DNA from: Candidatus Latescibacterota bacterium
GTDB taxonomy: Bacteria > Latescibacterota > UBA2968 > UBA8231
DNA: 64,000 bases
Direction: 5' to 3'
Assembly (NCBI GenBank): GCA_965208105.1
Contig: OZ242318.1
Span: 1,824,001-1,888,000 of the forward strand
The position numbers were made by a program, and so were the translations under genes. This document shows positions 33,819-43,812 of the stretch, one piece after another (position 1 is the first letter of the stretch; every line of letters starts with the position of its first letter). The notes beneath the pieces are model-generated. The model made no database searches and was not told where the DNA came from. It saw only the letters and a program-made list of their open reading frames with translations.

Positions 33819-35735
33819 TCAATTATCCTTCACCTCTATGCTGAGAGTCTGGATTCCTTCGAGGACCAGGTCCACCTCCTCCTCCACCGAGACAGTGGGC
33901 GGCGGTCCTTCCGGAAACGAAAAGAGGCCGGGGAAGATTCCCGGTCCACCGGGTCCGGGCGGAGCGCCCGCGCCGGAATCATCACCGGAACCTTCTTCCG
34001 ATCCGTCCCCGGAATCATCACCGGATTCACTCTCCGATCCCCCGTTCGAACCATCCTCCGGGCCATCACCCGAACCGGGCGGCGAAAACCCGCCGTCCCC
34101 GGACGGCATCTGGAAGGTCAAACGGGCTTTCAGGATGACCTTCTTGTCAGGTTCGTTGACCCTGGCGAATACATCATCCAGGCTTTCATCGCCGTTGAAA
34201 CCGCCTCCCGGACCGAAGAACCCGAACCGGGGGTCACCTCCCCCATCAGGTCCGTCACCCAATGCCGAAGCGGGTCCCACCTCGAGCTGGTAGATACCCG
34301 GTGGCAGGGTGTCGGGCACGCCGAGGGCAAGCTCGATGTCGCGGTCCTGGCGCCTCCCCACCCGCAGGGAGGTGGTGATTCCCAAGTCGCTGCCGAGGCT
34401 GACCACCGTGTCCGCGGCAACCTCGGCCACCACGGCGAAACGGGGCTCGGGCACCAGTGCAACCTGGACCTCGGCGGAGCCGACCTGCAGGGCGCGGTCG
34501 TCCCTCGTCATGAGCTGGAAGAGAGCATCGGACACGTCGCCGAAGGCGGCGGAAACCAGGTTCAAAAGCCTGCCGTCGGGATCGGCGTAGAGCCGGGTGC
34601 GGGAGAGGGCCGAGTCGGTTTCGACGAATGAAACGTTGGCCGTGACCCGGATGCTGTGGTCGGGCTCGTTCTCGATCCGGTTGGACAGGGGGGCAAAAAA
34701 AGCATTGGAAAGCAGGCTGACCGAAATTGACGGCTCCAGGCCGATGGTGGGCATGCTGTGGGTGAGCTCGAGCTCGCTCCCCGAAGGGAAGGTATACCTG
34801 CTCGTTATGGGCACCAGCTGCGGCTCCTGGTCGAGAAGGCCGCGGACCGCCGGAAAGCGGTCCTCGGTCAGAGTCCCGCGCACGGTGGGGTTCAGGGTTG
34901 CGAACTTGAAGGGAATGAACACGCTGGAAATCTGGCCGAGGACCTGCGCCTCGATGATTGGAAGCTCGACCGGGCCCAGGCTTTCGAATGGATGCCCGAA
35001 ACCGTACACCCGCTCGCCATCCAGGTAGGAAACCGTTCCCAGGGCCCCAAAGGTGAGCTCGCCAAGGAGCAGGCCCACCGCCAGCGGCCTGCCGGCCTCG
35101 AAGCTCTCCTGGGGATCGCTGGAGAGGCCGGCGGAAACCGCCTCGCCCAGGAAGGTGGAACCTGCGTCTGGCGGCTGCATGAAATCGCGGCCAGTGCTGA
35201 GCAGCGGAACCTCAAGGGGAAGGATGCGATTCCCCTCCCAGGTGCCTGCCGGCTTGGCCAGGGGCGCCGTTCCCCGCGACCCGATTACCCACTCTATGGG
35301 AGTGGCGAAGAAGTAGTAAGGCGGACTGTCCTGGGAACCGAATCCATAGGCGATGGCCGCCCAGGTTCCCTGCTCGGTAAATATGGGCGAGCCGCTCATC
35401 CCCTGGGCGATACCCCCCAGTTGGATCAGGACCGGATCGGAGGCTTCGACCATGTAGACCGGCATGGGGGGAAGGAAATCGTCCACCACGCGCACGAATG
35501 TCATGGCGAGGTCTGCCAACTCGCCGTTGGCGAACTCCGTGCGCATGTATACCGGGGTGCCGGCGGGCATGGCGCGGACCGAGTCGACGGGAACGATGGG
35601 GGCGAGATCCCAGGGCTGCAGTTCCCCGCTGGGACGCAGAACCGTTTCCTGCGGGACGATCGGCGGCGGGTCCTCGTCGTCTCCACATGCCCAGAGGCCA
35701 AGGGTTGAAACGAGCAGCGCGAATCGGATCGCCAT
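33819..35735 (-). CDS. SpoIVB-like S55 serine peptidase, probable lipoprotein
   Basis: Lipobox LWAC, GIAQGMSGSP, GTVSY...YGFGHP. Confidence 0.8.
   Translation of the reverse strand: MAIRFALLVSTLGLWACGDDEDPPPIVPQETVLRPSGELQPWDLAPIVPVDSVRAMPAGTPVYMRTEFANGELADLAMTFVRVVDDFLPPMPVYMVEASDPVLIQLGGIAQGMSGSPIFTEQGTWAAIAYGFGSQDSPPYYFFATPIEWVIGSRGTAPLAKPAGTWEGNRILPLEVPLLSTGRDFMQPPDAGSTFLGEAVSAGLSSDPQESFEAGRPLAVGLLLGELTFGALGTVSYLDGERVYGFGHPFESLGPVELPIIEAQVLGQISSVFIPFKFATLNPTVRGTLTEDRFPAVRGLLDQEPQLVPITSRYTFPSGSELELTHSMPTIGLEPSISVSLLSNAFFAPLSNRIENEPDHSIRVTANVSFVETDSALSRTRLYADPDGRLLNLVSAAFGDVSDALFQLMTRDDRALQVGSAEVQVALVPEPRFAVVAEVAADTVVSLGSDLGITTSLRVGRRQDRDIELALGVPDTLPPGIYQLEVGPASALGDGPDGGGDPRFGFFGPGGGFNGDESLDDVFARVNEPDKKVILKARLTFQMPSGDGGFSPPGSGDGPEDGSNGGSESESGDDSGDGSEEGSGDDSGAGAPPGPGGPGIFPGLFSFPEGPPPTVSVEEEVDLVLEGIQTLSIEVKDN
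33973..34044. repeat. Two imperfect 36-bp tandem units in a Gly/Asp/Ser/Glu-rich linker
   Basis: CCGGAATCATCACCGGA begins at 33973 and again at 34009. Confidence 0.7.
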
Positions 35736-36121
35736 GGTCAGGTTTCCTCCATTTTCAGGTTGGCAGGGACTTCACTTACCGCGACTGAGACGACCCAAAT
35801 CCATACGAGGTTCCCTTTGCCGAAAGGCCGGTGGAGCCTCGGTCACCGGGACCGGGACCACCAGATCCGTTCCGGGATAGGGATAAACTTAGGAGACTGC
35901 GAAGTTGCGTCAACGAAATGCCAGTGGGAAAGGGGAGATCCAAGCTCGAAAGGGGAAATACCCAGGGGGACCAGGTGGGTCCGCGTCAACTGGGATCACC
36001 AGCGGCCGGGATGTATCCAGGAAGGTCTGCCACCCAGCCTGTGGAGGGTCTGTACGCGCCGGCGCCGCGCCGCGCGCGATGCCGGCCCGGGTGAAACGGC
36101 ATCGGACCCCTCCGCAGGATC

Positions 36122-36856
36122 TCAGCGCTCCCCGACAGCGGCGCGTTCGGCGCGGTGGCGGGAGGCCAGTTCGGCCATGCCGCCGAAGTGGAAGTCGGGC
36201 GCCACCTCCTTCTCCGCCGCGGGAGTGGCTCCGCCCCGCCGGCCGCCGCGGCGGTCGATCCACGCCGTGGTCAGTCCCATGTCCTTCGCCGGCGCGTGGT
36301 CGTGAAAGAGGCTCTGGGCAACGTGCAGGATGCTTTCTGGTCCGGCGCCGAAGTCCTGCGCCACCCGACCGAGGAGGAACTCGAAGTTGGCCGACGCCGG
36401 TTTGTAGGAGCCAACTTCCTCGGCGGTAAGAACCGCGTCCCAGGGCTCTCCCAGGCGGGCGGCGCTGCCGCGGTTGCTGGCGCGGTCGCAGTTGGTCAGG
36501 GTGACGAGCTTGTGGTGCCCCTTCAGGTAGGCGAGCGCGGGAGCGGCGTCGGCGAAGGCCGGCCAGTCCCCTACCGAGCGGCCGAAGCGGAGGCTCTCGC
36601 CATGGTCCGGCTCGCACTCCCAGCGGCGCGCCAGGTTGCGGTGTGTCGCCGCCAGGAGACGGGAATAGATCAAACCGGGAGTCGCCGCCTGGCATGCGGA
36701 TTCTTCCAGGGCGAATGCCGCCAGGGCCTCCTCGCGGTCCGGTGGACCGGCGACGCGGGCAAGGAGGGGCTGCAGCGCGTTCCAGATTCCAGTCTCCCAG
36801 TCGATCAGGGTGCCGTAGGTGTCGAAGCTAAAGACGGAAAATTCGCGGAGGAGCAT
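36122..36856 (-). CDS. HAD-superfamily hydrolase (haloacid dehalogenase type II-like)
   Basis: FDTYGTLIDWE, LTN, SYKP, HVAQSLFHD. Confidence 0.88.
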   Translation of the reverse strand: MLLREFSVFSFDTYGTLIDWETGIWNALQPLLARVAGPPDREEALAAFALEESACQAATPGLIYSRLLAATHRNLARRWECEPDHGESLRFGRSVGDWPAFADAAPALAYLKGHHKLVTLTNCDRASNRGSAARLGEPWDAVLTAEEVGSYKPASANFEFLLGRVAQDFGAGPESILHVAQSLFHDHAPAKDMGLTTAWIDRRGGRRGGATPAAEKEVAPDFHFGGMAELASRHRAERAAVGER

Positions 36857-37399
36857 TGGATGTTCCCGGGATTGGAGGTGCCGTTGGCGATTTGAGGACA
36901 GGACAGCAAGTCCTCGAGACAAACGGTATGTCACCTCTTCCCGCCGGGCAACAGGTAGGGAAACATTTCTTCCAACCCGGCGTTCACAAGGAGGGATGGC
37001 ATACTTCAGGCCGTCATCCTTTCTGGCGCCAGTCTCTGTCGGCTCCTTTGGGCTAGTTGGCTTCGCGGCCATTCCACCGAACCCTCCGGCCTCGACAGGC
37101 CCCATATGGCAGGCGGGTCCGCGGGGTAATCCAATTGGGTTTTGACCGGGGAATGGGGAAGCTTCGCCTCATCACGATCTTGACGCGCAAACGATCTGCA
37201 GGCTTTTTTTACTCTTACTTGGCATAATGGAATTTCTGGCCTGCCGGCCGCCCTGGATCCGCTGGCGGGCGGCTGGTTATCGCGTGGGGAAACTTCCCCG
37301 AATCAGGGTCTGCATGGCGGCCTTCCGCGAAATGCGCCGGTGACTCGACCCGGGCGGGGGAAATGGCAGCATGAACTGCAATAGACCAAGGAGGCAAGA

Positions 37400-37816
37400 A
37401 TGACACTGGACACCTATCTCCATTTCAACGGAAACTGCCGGGAGGCGTTCGAGTTCTACCGCGAAGTTTTCGGCGGTGAGTTCACCGTGATCGAGACCTT
37501 CGCCAACGGTCCGGACGACTTCGAGGTTGCGGAGGACGAACGCGACGACATCATGCACGTCTCCCTTCCCATCGGATCTAGCGTGCTGATGGGCAGCGAC
37601 ATGCCCTCCTCCTTCGGACCTGTCAATATGGGAAGCAACTTCTCCATTTCCTGCTCTACGCGGAGCCGGGAGGAGACCGACGCGCTTTTCGCCAGGATGT
37701 CCGAGGGCGGGACCGTGACCATGGCGCCGGCGGACATGTTCTGGGGATCTTACTTCGGCTCCTGCAGCGACAAGTTCGGCATCAACTGGCAGTTCAGTTG
37801 CGAGCACGAAAAGTAG
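37400..37816 (+). CDS. VOC/PhnB-family protein
   Basis: YLHFNGNCREAFEFY, IMH, FWGSYFG..DKFGINW. Confidence 0.9.
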   Translation: MTLDTYLHFNGNCREAFEFYREVFGGEFTVIETFANGPDDFEVAEDERDDIMHVSLPIGSSVLMGSDMPSSFGPVNMGSNFSISCSTRSREETDALFARMSEGGTVTMAPADMFWGSYFGSCSDKFGINWQFSCEHEK

Positions 37817-37868
37817 ACCGGCATTCCGGTTGTCATTGCCGGCCAACCCGTATCCAAAGGTCTGAAAC

Positions 37869-38645
37869 ATGTCGGACGAAAGCCGTTCCATCGAGCTGGC
37901 GATCGAGGTGCCCGGGCGCCCCGAAGAGGTATGGCGGGCGGTTGCCACGGGACCGGGAATTTCCTCGTGGTACGTGCCTCACAGCGTCGAAGAGCGCGAG
38001 GGTGGAGCGGCCATGGCCTCCTTCGGCCCCGAGCCCGAGATGCAGGTCCCGGGACGGGTCGCCGCCTGGGACCCTCCTCGCCGCCTGCTCTTCGACGGCG
38101 GCGAAGGAGTGGAGGGTCTGTCATTCGAGTGGTCGGTCGAAGCCGGGGCCGGCGGCGCCTGCACGGTGCGGCTGCGGAGCACCGGGTTCAGCGCGGGCGA
38201 GGAAGGGAAGGCTCAATGCGAAGGCATGATCGAGGGCTGGCAGCTGTTCCTGCTCAATCTCAGGCTGCACCTGGAGCACTTCCGCGGCCAGACCGCCAGG
38301 GCCGCCCTCCCCACCGCGACCTGGACCGGCCCGCGCCAGGAGACCTGGTCCAGGCTCACCGCTGCGCTGGGCATCCCTTCGGCTCCCGCCGTTGGTGAGC
38401 GCATCGAGGTCAGCGCCCCCGAAACGCCGGCCCTGGCCGGGACCGTCGCCGACGCCGCCCCGTGGCGGCTCGCCCTTCTCCTCGACCAACCGGCCCCCGG
38501 AACCGCCTTCCTGGCGGCGGAAGGAAGCGGCGAAGAGGTCAGTGTCTCGGTTTGGTCCTACCTCTATGGCCGGGACGGATCCGCCGCTGCGCAAAGGGAC
38601 GAGCCTCGGTGGCGGCAATGGCTCGCGGAACGAGCCTCCCGCTAG
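37869..38645 (+). CDS. SRPBCC/AHSA1 domain protein
   Basis: PEEVWRAVATGPGISSW, WDPPRR, GWQLFL. Confidence 0.8.
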   Translation: MSDESRSIELAIEVPGRPEEVWRAVATGPGISSWYVPHSVEEREGGAAMASFGPEPEMQVPGRVAAWDPPRRLLFDGGEGVEGLSFEWSVEAGAGGACTVRLRSTGFSAGEEGKAQCEGMIEGWQLFLLNLRLHLEHFRGQTARAALPTATWTGPRQETWSRLTAALGIPSAPAVGERIEVSAPETPALAGTVADAAPWRLALLLDQPAPGTAFLAAEGSGEEVSVSVWSYLYGRDGSAAAQRDEPRWRQWLAERASR

Positions 38646-38809
38646 CCGCTCGCGCCGAATTCAGAGCCCCCCGTCCCGGGGTTTCCCGATCAACCGGGTC
38701 TATTTATACTTTCCATATCAGGATCCGCACAACAGGATATGCGCCCGCGTCCTCAATCGACGGCGCGGAGCCGCCAATAATCTAAACGCCAATCGGCAGG
38801 AGGAATATC

Positions 38810-39130
38810 ATGGCGAAATACCTGTTCCGCACCAAGTACACCAAGGCCGGACTCGAGGGTTTGCTCAGAGAAGGCGGCACGGGAAGGCGGGAGGCTCTGA
38901 GGCAGACCATCGAGGGGACGGGGGGCAGCCTCGAGGGATTCTATTACGCCTTCGGAGACGACGATCTCCTTCTGATCGCCGATCTTCCCGATAACGCGGC
39001 GGCAACGGCCGTATCCCTCAACATCGGCGCCGCAGGCGCCCTCGACGTGGCGGTGACGGTCCTGATATCACCGGAGACCGTCGACGAGGCAGTGAAGAAG
39101 AACGTGTCCTACCGGGTTCCGGGAGCATGA
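38810..39130 (+). CDS. GYD domain protein
   Basis: GGSLEGFYYAFGDDD; AGGAGG RBS. Confidence 0.85.
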   Translation: MAKYLFRTKYTKAGLEGLLREGGTGRREALRQTIEGTGGSLEGFYYAFGDDDLLLIADLPDNAAATAVSLNIGAAGALDVAVTVLISPETVDEAVKKNVSYRVPGA

Positions 39131-39286
39131 GGCCGGCGCCGGGGCCGCATGGCTCCGGCGCGCCCTGCCCTGCCGGTCAGGCTGTATATAATCTCCTCGG
39201 GGACCACGTCCCCTCCTCCGGGCAAGCCCGTAATCTCCCCGTATTCTCTTCCCGCTGACATAATTCCCCCGGCGTTTCCGTCCAGC

Positions 39287-40204
39287 ATGGTCCCCAATCC
39301 TGACTCGCCCGTTCTTCTGACCGGAGCCACCGGATATATCGGCGGACGCCTGCTGCCCCTGCTTGAATCAACGGGGCGACCGGTGCGCTGTTTGACCCGG
39401 CGTCCCCTGGAATCGCGCCGCCCCCTCGCGCCGGGCACCACCATGGTCCGAGGCGACGTCCTCGACCGGGAAAGTCTGAAGGGATCGATGGAGGGTGTCG
39501 AAGCCGCCTTCTACATGGTGCACTCCATGGGTTCAAAAGACGATTTCGTGGCGCAGGACCGCCGTGCCGCCCTCAACTTCGGGGCGGAGGCGCGCCGGGC
39601 GGGCGTTGGCCGGATCATCTACCTCGGCGGTCTCGGTGCCGGGGCGGAGACCCTCTCGCCCCATCTCAGAAGCCGGCTGGAGGTCGCCGAAATTCTGCGC
39701 GACTCGGGCGTGCAGGTCGTCGAGTTTCGCGCCTCCATCGTCATCGGCTCGGGCAGCCTGTCCTTCGAGATGATCCGCTCCCTGGTGGAGCGGCTGCCGG
39801 TGATGATCACCCCCAAATGGGTGGAGGTTACCGCACAGCCCATAGCGGTATCCGATCTGCTCCAATATCTCTGCTCCGCGCTCCTGCTGGAAACCGATGT
39901 CAACGAGAGCTTTGAAATCGGAGGCCCTGACCGGGTCACCTATGGCGGTCTGATGCGTGAGTACGGGCGCCAGCGCCGGCTGCGGAGGCTGATGATCCGG
40001 GTGCCCTTTTTGACCCCCCGCCTCTCGAGCCTCTGGCTCGGCCTGGTGACCCCCCTCTACGCCCGGGTCGGGCGCAAACTCATCGACAGCATCCGCCACC
40101 CGACGGTCGTTCGCGACAGGTCCGCCCTGCAGGCCTTCCCCCACATCCAGCCCATGGGGGCGCGCCAGGCCATCGCCAGGGCTCTGCGCAGCCAGGGCGG
40201 TTAA
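39287..40204 (+). CDS. NAD(P)-binding atypical SDR (YbjT-like N-terminal part)
   Basis: TGATGYIG, YMVHSM, HLRSR, GSGSLSFEM. Confidence 0.82.
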   Translation: MVPNPDSPVLLTGATGYIGGRLLPLLESTGRPVRCLTRRPLESRRPLAPGTTMVRGDVLDRESLKGSMEGVEAAFYMVHSMGSKDDFVAQDRRAALNFGAEARRAGVGRIIYLGGLGAGAETLSPHLRSRLEVAEILRDSGVQVVEFRASIVIGSGSLSFEMIRSLVERLPVMITPKWVEVTAQPIAVSDLLQYLCSALLLETDVNESFEIGGPDRVTYGGLMREYGRQRRLRRLMIRVPFLTPRLSSLWLGLVTPLYARVGRKLIDSIRHPTVVRDRSALQAFPHIQPMGARQAIARALRSQGG

Positions 40205-40332
40205 CGGGTTGAAACCGCGCTGGCCAGGTCCCCTCGACAGCAGGGCGATTTCAGGGATTATTTGACCATGCTCATGGCTCTGGTCATTATATTCGAGATA
40301 TTCGAGGAGGAAACCGGAACAAAGGGGGCACC

Positions 40333-41649
40333 ATGCCTGAGTCGCACTTCGGGATAAAGCCGGAAACCTGGCGCAGCCTGCCTGCCAAAAACGAAGCGGG
40401 CGAGGATGAACCGGACCTTTTGGACACCTCGAGACGGAACTTTCTGACCGCAGTGGGCAAGGGGGCCGCGCTCGCGGGTCTGGGTCTCTTCGGGGCCGGC
40501 CAGGACGCCGCCCTGCGGGGACTGTTCGGCCGCGGCCTGATCCCCCGGGCATGGGCCGAGGGCCCGGCAGAGCTTCTGCCCAAGCCGGACATGATCGTCC
40601 ACTCCCGGGACCCGTTCAACGGCGAGTTTCCTCCCCACCTGCTCGACGCCGAGGTCACCCCGACCATGCGCCACTTCGTGCGCAACAACGGCGCCATTCC
40701 CGAGCGCGCCCGGCGCGGGGACCCGCAGGACTGGAAACTGATCGTCGACGGCGAGGTCCGCAGCCGACGGGCCTTTTCGCTGGAGGACTTGCAGGGGTTT
40801 CCGCAGGTCACCATGAAGGTGGTGCTGGAATGCGCCGGCAACGGCAGGAGCTTGTTCGCCCCCGCCGTGGGCGGCACCCAGTGGATTCGCGGGGCTGTGG
40901 CCTGCAGCGAGTGGACCGGAGTGCGCCTGCGCGACGTGCTGCAGGCCGCCGGAGTAACCGAGAAAGCCGTGTACCTGGGCAACTACGGCGAGGACCCGCC
41001 GGTGCGGGAAGGCGCCGCGTTTTCCCGCGGCATCCCCGTGGAAAAGGCCATGGACCAACACACCATGATCGCCCTCGAGATGAACGGGGAGTCCCTGCCC
41101 GCAGCCCACGGATTCCCCGCGCGGCTGCTGGTACCCGGCTGGATCGGCAGCTCCATGCAGAAGTGGCTCAACCGCATTCAGGTCCGCGACACGGTCCACG
41201 ACTCCAGGAACATGAGCGGGTATTCCTACCGCGTACCGTCCTATCCCATCGCCCCCGGCCATCAGCCCCCGGAGGCGGACATGACCATCGCCACCGAGTG
41301 GGGGGTCAAATCCCTGATAACCGCTCCCCAGGCCAACGCCGCGGTCCGGGCGGGTGCTCCACTCGCCGTCAGGGGACACGCCTGGGCAGGTGAGGGCGAA
41401 GTGGCGAAGGTGCTGGTCTCCACCGACTTCGGCATCCACTGGCGCGAGACCTCGCTGACTCCCCCAGCCAACAAGTATGCCTGGCATGGCTGGTCCACCC
41501 AGCTCGCGTTCGCCAGGAGGGGCTACTACGAAATCTGGGCGCGGGCCTTCGACCGCGCCGGCAATGCCCAGCCTTTCCGCCAGCCCTGGAACCCCAAGGG
41601 ATACCTGGGCAACGTCATTCACCGGGTGCCGGTCCTGGTATCGGTGTGA
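40333..41649 (+). CDS. Tat-exported sulfite oxidase-family molybdoenzyme (SorA/SoxC-like)
   Basis: SRRNFL Tat motif, HFVRNN, LECAGNGR, HGFPARL, WN.KGY. Confidence 0.9.
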   Translation: MPESHFGIKPETWRSLPAKNEAGEDEPDLLDTSRRNFLTAVGKGAALAGLGLFGAGQDAALRGLFGRGLIPRAWAEGPAELLPKPDMIVHSRDPFNGEFPPHLLDAEVTPTMRHFVRNNGAIPERARRGDPQDWKLIVDGEVRSRRAFSLEDLQGFPQVTMKVVLECAGNGRSLFAPAVGGTQWIRGAVACSEWTGVRLRDVLQAAGVTEKAVYLGNYGEDPPVREGAAFSRGIPVEKAMDQHTMIALEMNGESLPAAHGFPARLLVPGWIGSSMQKWLNRIQVRDTVHDSRNMSGYSYRVPSYPIAPGHQPPEADMTIATEWGVKSLITAPQANAAVRAGAPLAVRGHAWAGEGEVAKVLVSTDFGIHWRETSLTPPANKYAWHGWSTQLAFARRGYYEIWARAFDRAGNAQPFRQPWNPKGYLGNVIHRVPVLVSV

Positions 41650-41687
41650 GGCGGCCACTCTTCACCTGAAAACAGGATCCTGAAAGA

Positions 41688-42818
41688 ATGAACATCGGCA
41701 TCGCGGGAGCAGGCATCTTCGGCATGGCGGCGGCCCTGGAGCTGCGCCGGCGTGGCCACAGGGTGACCCTGATCGAGCGCGGCGAAATTCCCAACCCGGA
41801 GGCCTCGAGCACCGATGTAGCCAAGGTCATCCGCCGCACCAGCTACCCCAACGAGGTCTACGTGGAACTGGTTACCCGGTCGGCGGCGCAGTGGCGGGAA
41901 TGGCACGAGCGCACCAGCCGCTCCATCTACTTCCGCACCGGCAAGCTCATCGCGGTGCGCGGGCTCGGTCCTGACCACGAGGCCCTGGCCGGCCTGGAGA
42001 CCCTGAGCCGGATGGGAGAGGATATCTCCGAGCTCACGGCAAAAGAGGTGAACGAGAGGTTTCCGCAGTTCGCCGTCAGCTGCGAAGACAGGCTGTTCTT
42101 CGACCCCTGGGCCGGCTACCTGCGCAGCGGTCAGGCCCTGGTTGACCTGGCGGCACTCGCCCGCGGCGCGGGGGTGGATATCCGCGAGAACACCCCGGTG
42201 ACCGCGGTGGAGGATTCCGGTTCCGGCGCGAGGCTGAGGCTGGGCCCGGAGTCGCTGGAGTGCGACCGGGCGGTGGTGGCGGCCGGCCCCTGGGTGGCGC
42301 AGCTGCTGCCGGTCATTGCAACCAGGGTGCGCCTTACGCGGCAGCAGATGGCCTTCTTCGCTCCGCAGGATCCCTCCCCCTTCGAGCGCGGCCGCTTTCC
42401 GGTCTGGACGAGCCTGTCGCCGGGCAACCTCTGGTACGGGTTCCCCCTCCTGCACGAGGGCTACGTGAAGGTGGCCGAGGACAGCAAGGTCGACGACACT
42501 ACGGTGGATGTCTCGCGCCAGCCGACCCGGGCGTTTCTGGCCTGGGCGCGCGAAGTCGCCGCCGACCGCATCCCGGCACTCGACGGCGCCGAGGCCGTCG
42601 GCGGCCGCTCCTGCCTCTACACCAACATGGCCGACATTGAGGACGAGCAGTTCGTCATCGACTGGGCTCCCGGGTACCAGCGAGTCCTGATCGCCGGATG
42701 CGGCTGCGGCCACGGCTTCAAGTTCGGCGGATCCATCGGACCGGTGATCGCCGATGCCCTTGAGGAAAAGGAGAACCGCCTCGGAGACCTTTTCCGCATC
42801 GGCACGAGGTTTGCATAG
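41688..42818 (+). CDS. Sarcosine oxidase/MTOX-like FAD oxidoreductase
   Basis: GAGIFG, SCLYT (covalent-FAD Cys position), GHGFKF. Confidence 0.85.
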   Translation: MNIGIAGAGIFGMAAALELRRRGHRVTLIERGEIPNPEASSTDVAKVIRRTSYPNEVYVELVTRSAAQWREWHERTSRSIYFRTGKLIAVRGLGPDHEALAGLETLSRMGEDISELTAKEVNERFPQFAVSCEDRLFFDPWAGYLRSGQALVDLAALARGAGVDIRENTPVTAVEDSGSGARLRLGPESLECDRAVVAAGPWVAQLLPVIATRVRLTRQQMAFFAPQDPSPFERGRFPVWTSLSPGNLWYGFPLLHEGYVKVAEDSKVDDTTVDVSRQPTRAFLAWAREVAADRIPALDGAEAVGGRSCLYTNMADIEDEQFVIDWAPGYQRVLIAGCGCGHGFKFGGSIGPVIADALEEKENRLGDLFRIGTRFA

Positions 42819-43145
42819 AAGGCAGGGCGAGGGCGGCTGAAACTGGACACTCACCACGATTGGTGCATCGAGGCGAGACACAGAAGATCTGCGCTCTTGG
42901 AACTTTCCACGGGAGGACTTTGCGAGATCATTACACCATTTTCAGGCACCTTATCAGACCCTTGCCTGCCACACTCCCCGCCTTGACAGAGCATCCAAAA
43001 CGGCGGCTTGTATGTCTGCCTTGGATTATCGAGTCATGGTTGGATGTATCTCCTTTAAGGGCCCTTTGTCTATTTTTCCGTTGTAAAGGTTTGATAACAC
43101 TTTGCACACCCTTCGTGTTTAGGTTAGGATTCTGGAATAAAGGGA

Positions 43146-43463
43146 ATGAGCAAGTTCGAGCCCCAGGTATTCATCTCTTACGCCGCCCAGGACGAGTTCG
43201 AAGCAGACCTGCTCAAGTTCGCCCTCGAGACGCTCCTGGCAGATGTTGACGCGGGCGCCTGGATGGAGCTTGCCTATGCAGACGCCTTTGAGGTTGGGAC
43301 GTTTGTGTTGCTCCATCACCTTCAGTATGGGGACTTGATGACTTCCGATAGTAGCGTTCCACCGCTTCTACTGGCAGGTCAATGCAACGCCGCCAAGGAT
43401 TGGCGCACGGTGGTGGAGGATATTCGAAACCTCATCATTAAAGGAGCGACAGATGGCAACTAA
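43146..43463 (+). CDS. TIR-like protein, apparently internally shortened (possible pseudogene)
   Basis: VFISYAAQD start, then WMELAYA only ~25 aa later. Confidence 0.55.
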   Translation: MSKFEPQVFISYAAQDEFEADLLKFALETLLADVDAGAWMELAYADAFEVGTFVLLHHLQYGDLMTSDSSVPPLLLAGQCNAAKDWRTVVEDIRNLIIKGATDGN

Positions 43464-43812
43464 GGTTTTTGTTTCCTACGCCTATCAGGACAAAAAGTTT
43501 GTTGAGAATGTCAAGCATGAACTGGCGAGAAAGGGACACTTGCCGCCTGACGCATTATTTTTCGACGCGCAAGACATCTCCGCCGAGGAGAGTATCCGTA
43601 CGCAACTCAGGTCGGAAATCAGGGCAGCGGATACTGTTGTTATTGTGATGTCCAAACATGCCGAGACGTCTCAATGGGTCAACTACGAAGCGGGGCTTGC
43701 CGACGCTCTTGGCAAGAAGATTCTGGTTGTCGGAACAAAGGCCTCAGGAGAAGCTGCCTTGTTGGCCAACTTGGCCGACTATCAGCAAATCGAAATCGAA
43801 GCATCAAACTAG
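43453..43812 (+). CDS. Stand-alone TIR domain protein
   Basis: VFVSYA, ADTVVIVMS, SQWVNYE (catalytic Glu position); AAGGAG RBS. Confidence 0.85.
   Translation: MATKVFVSYAYQDKKFVENVKHELARKGHLPPDALFFDAQDISAEESIRTQLRSEIRAADTVVIVMSKHAETSQWVNYEAGLADALGKKILVVGTKASGEAALLANLADYQQIEIEASN

Noticed and set aside
36857-37399. Long divergent intergenic region as an ncRNA or riboswitch
   Set aside because: No recognisable aptamer consensus or terminator was found.
43146-43812. Functional link between the TIR NADases and pncA-pncB as an NAD-restoring system
   Set aside because: They are 42 kb apart with different base composition, and pncAB is a common housekeeping salvage pair.
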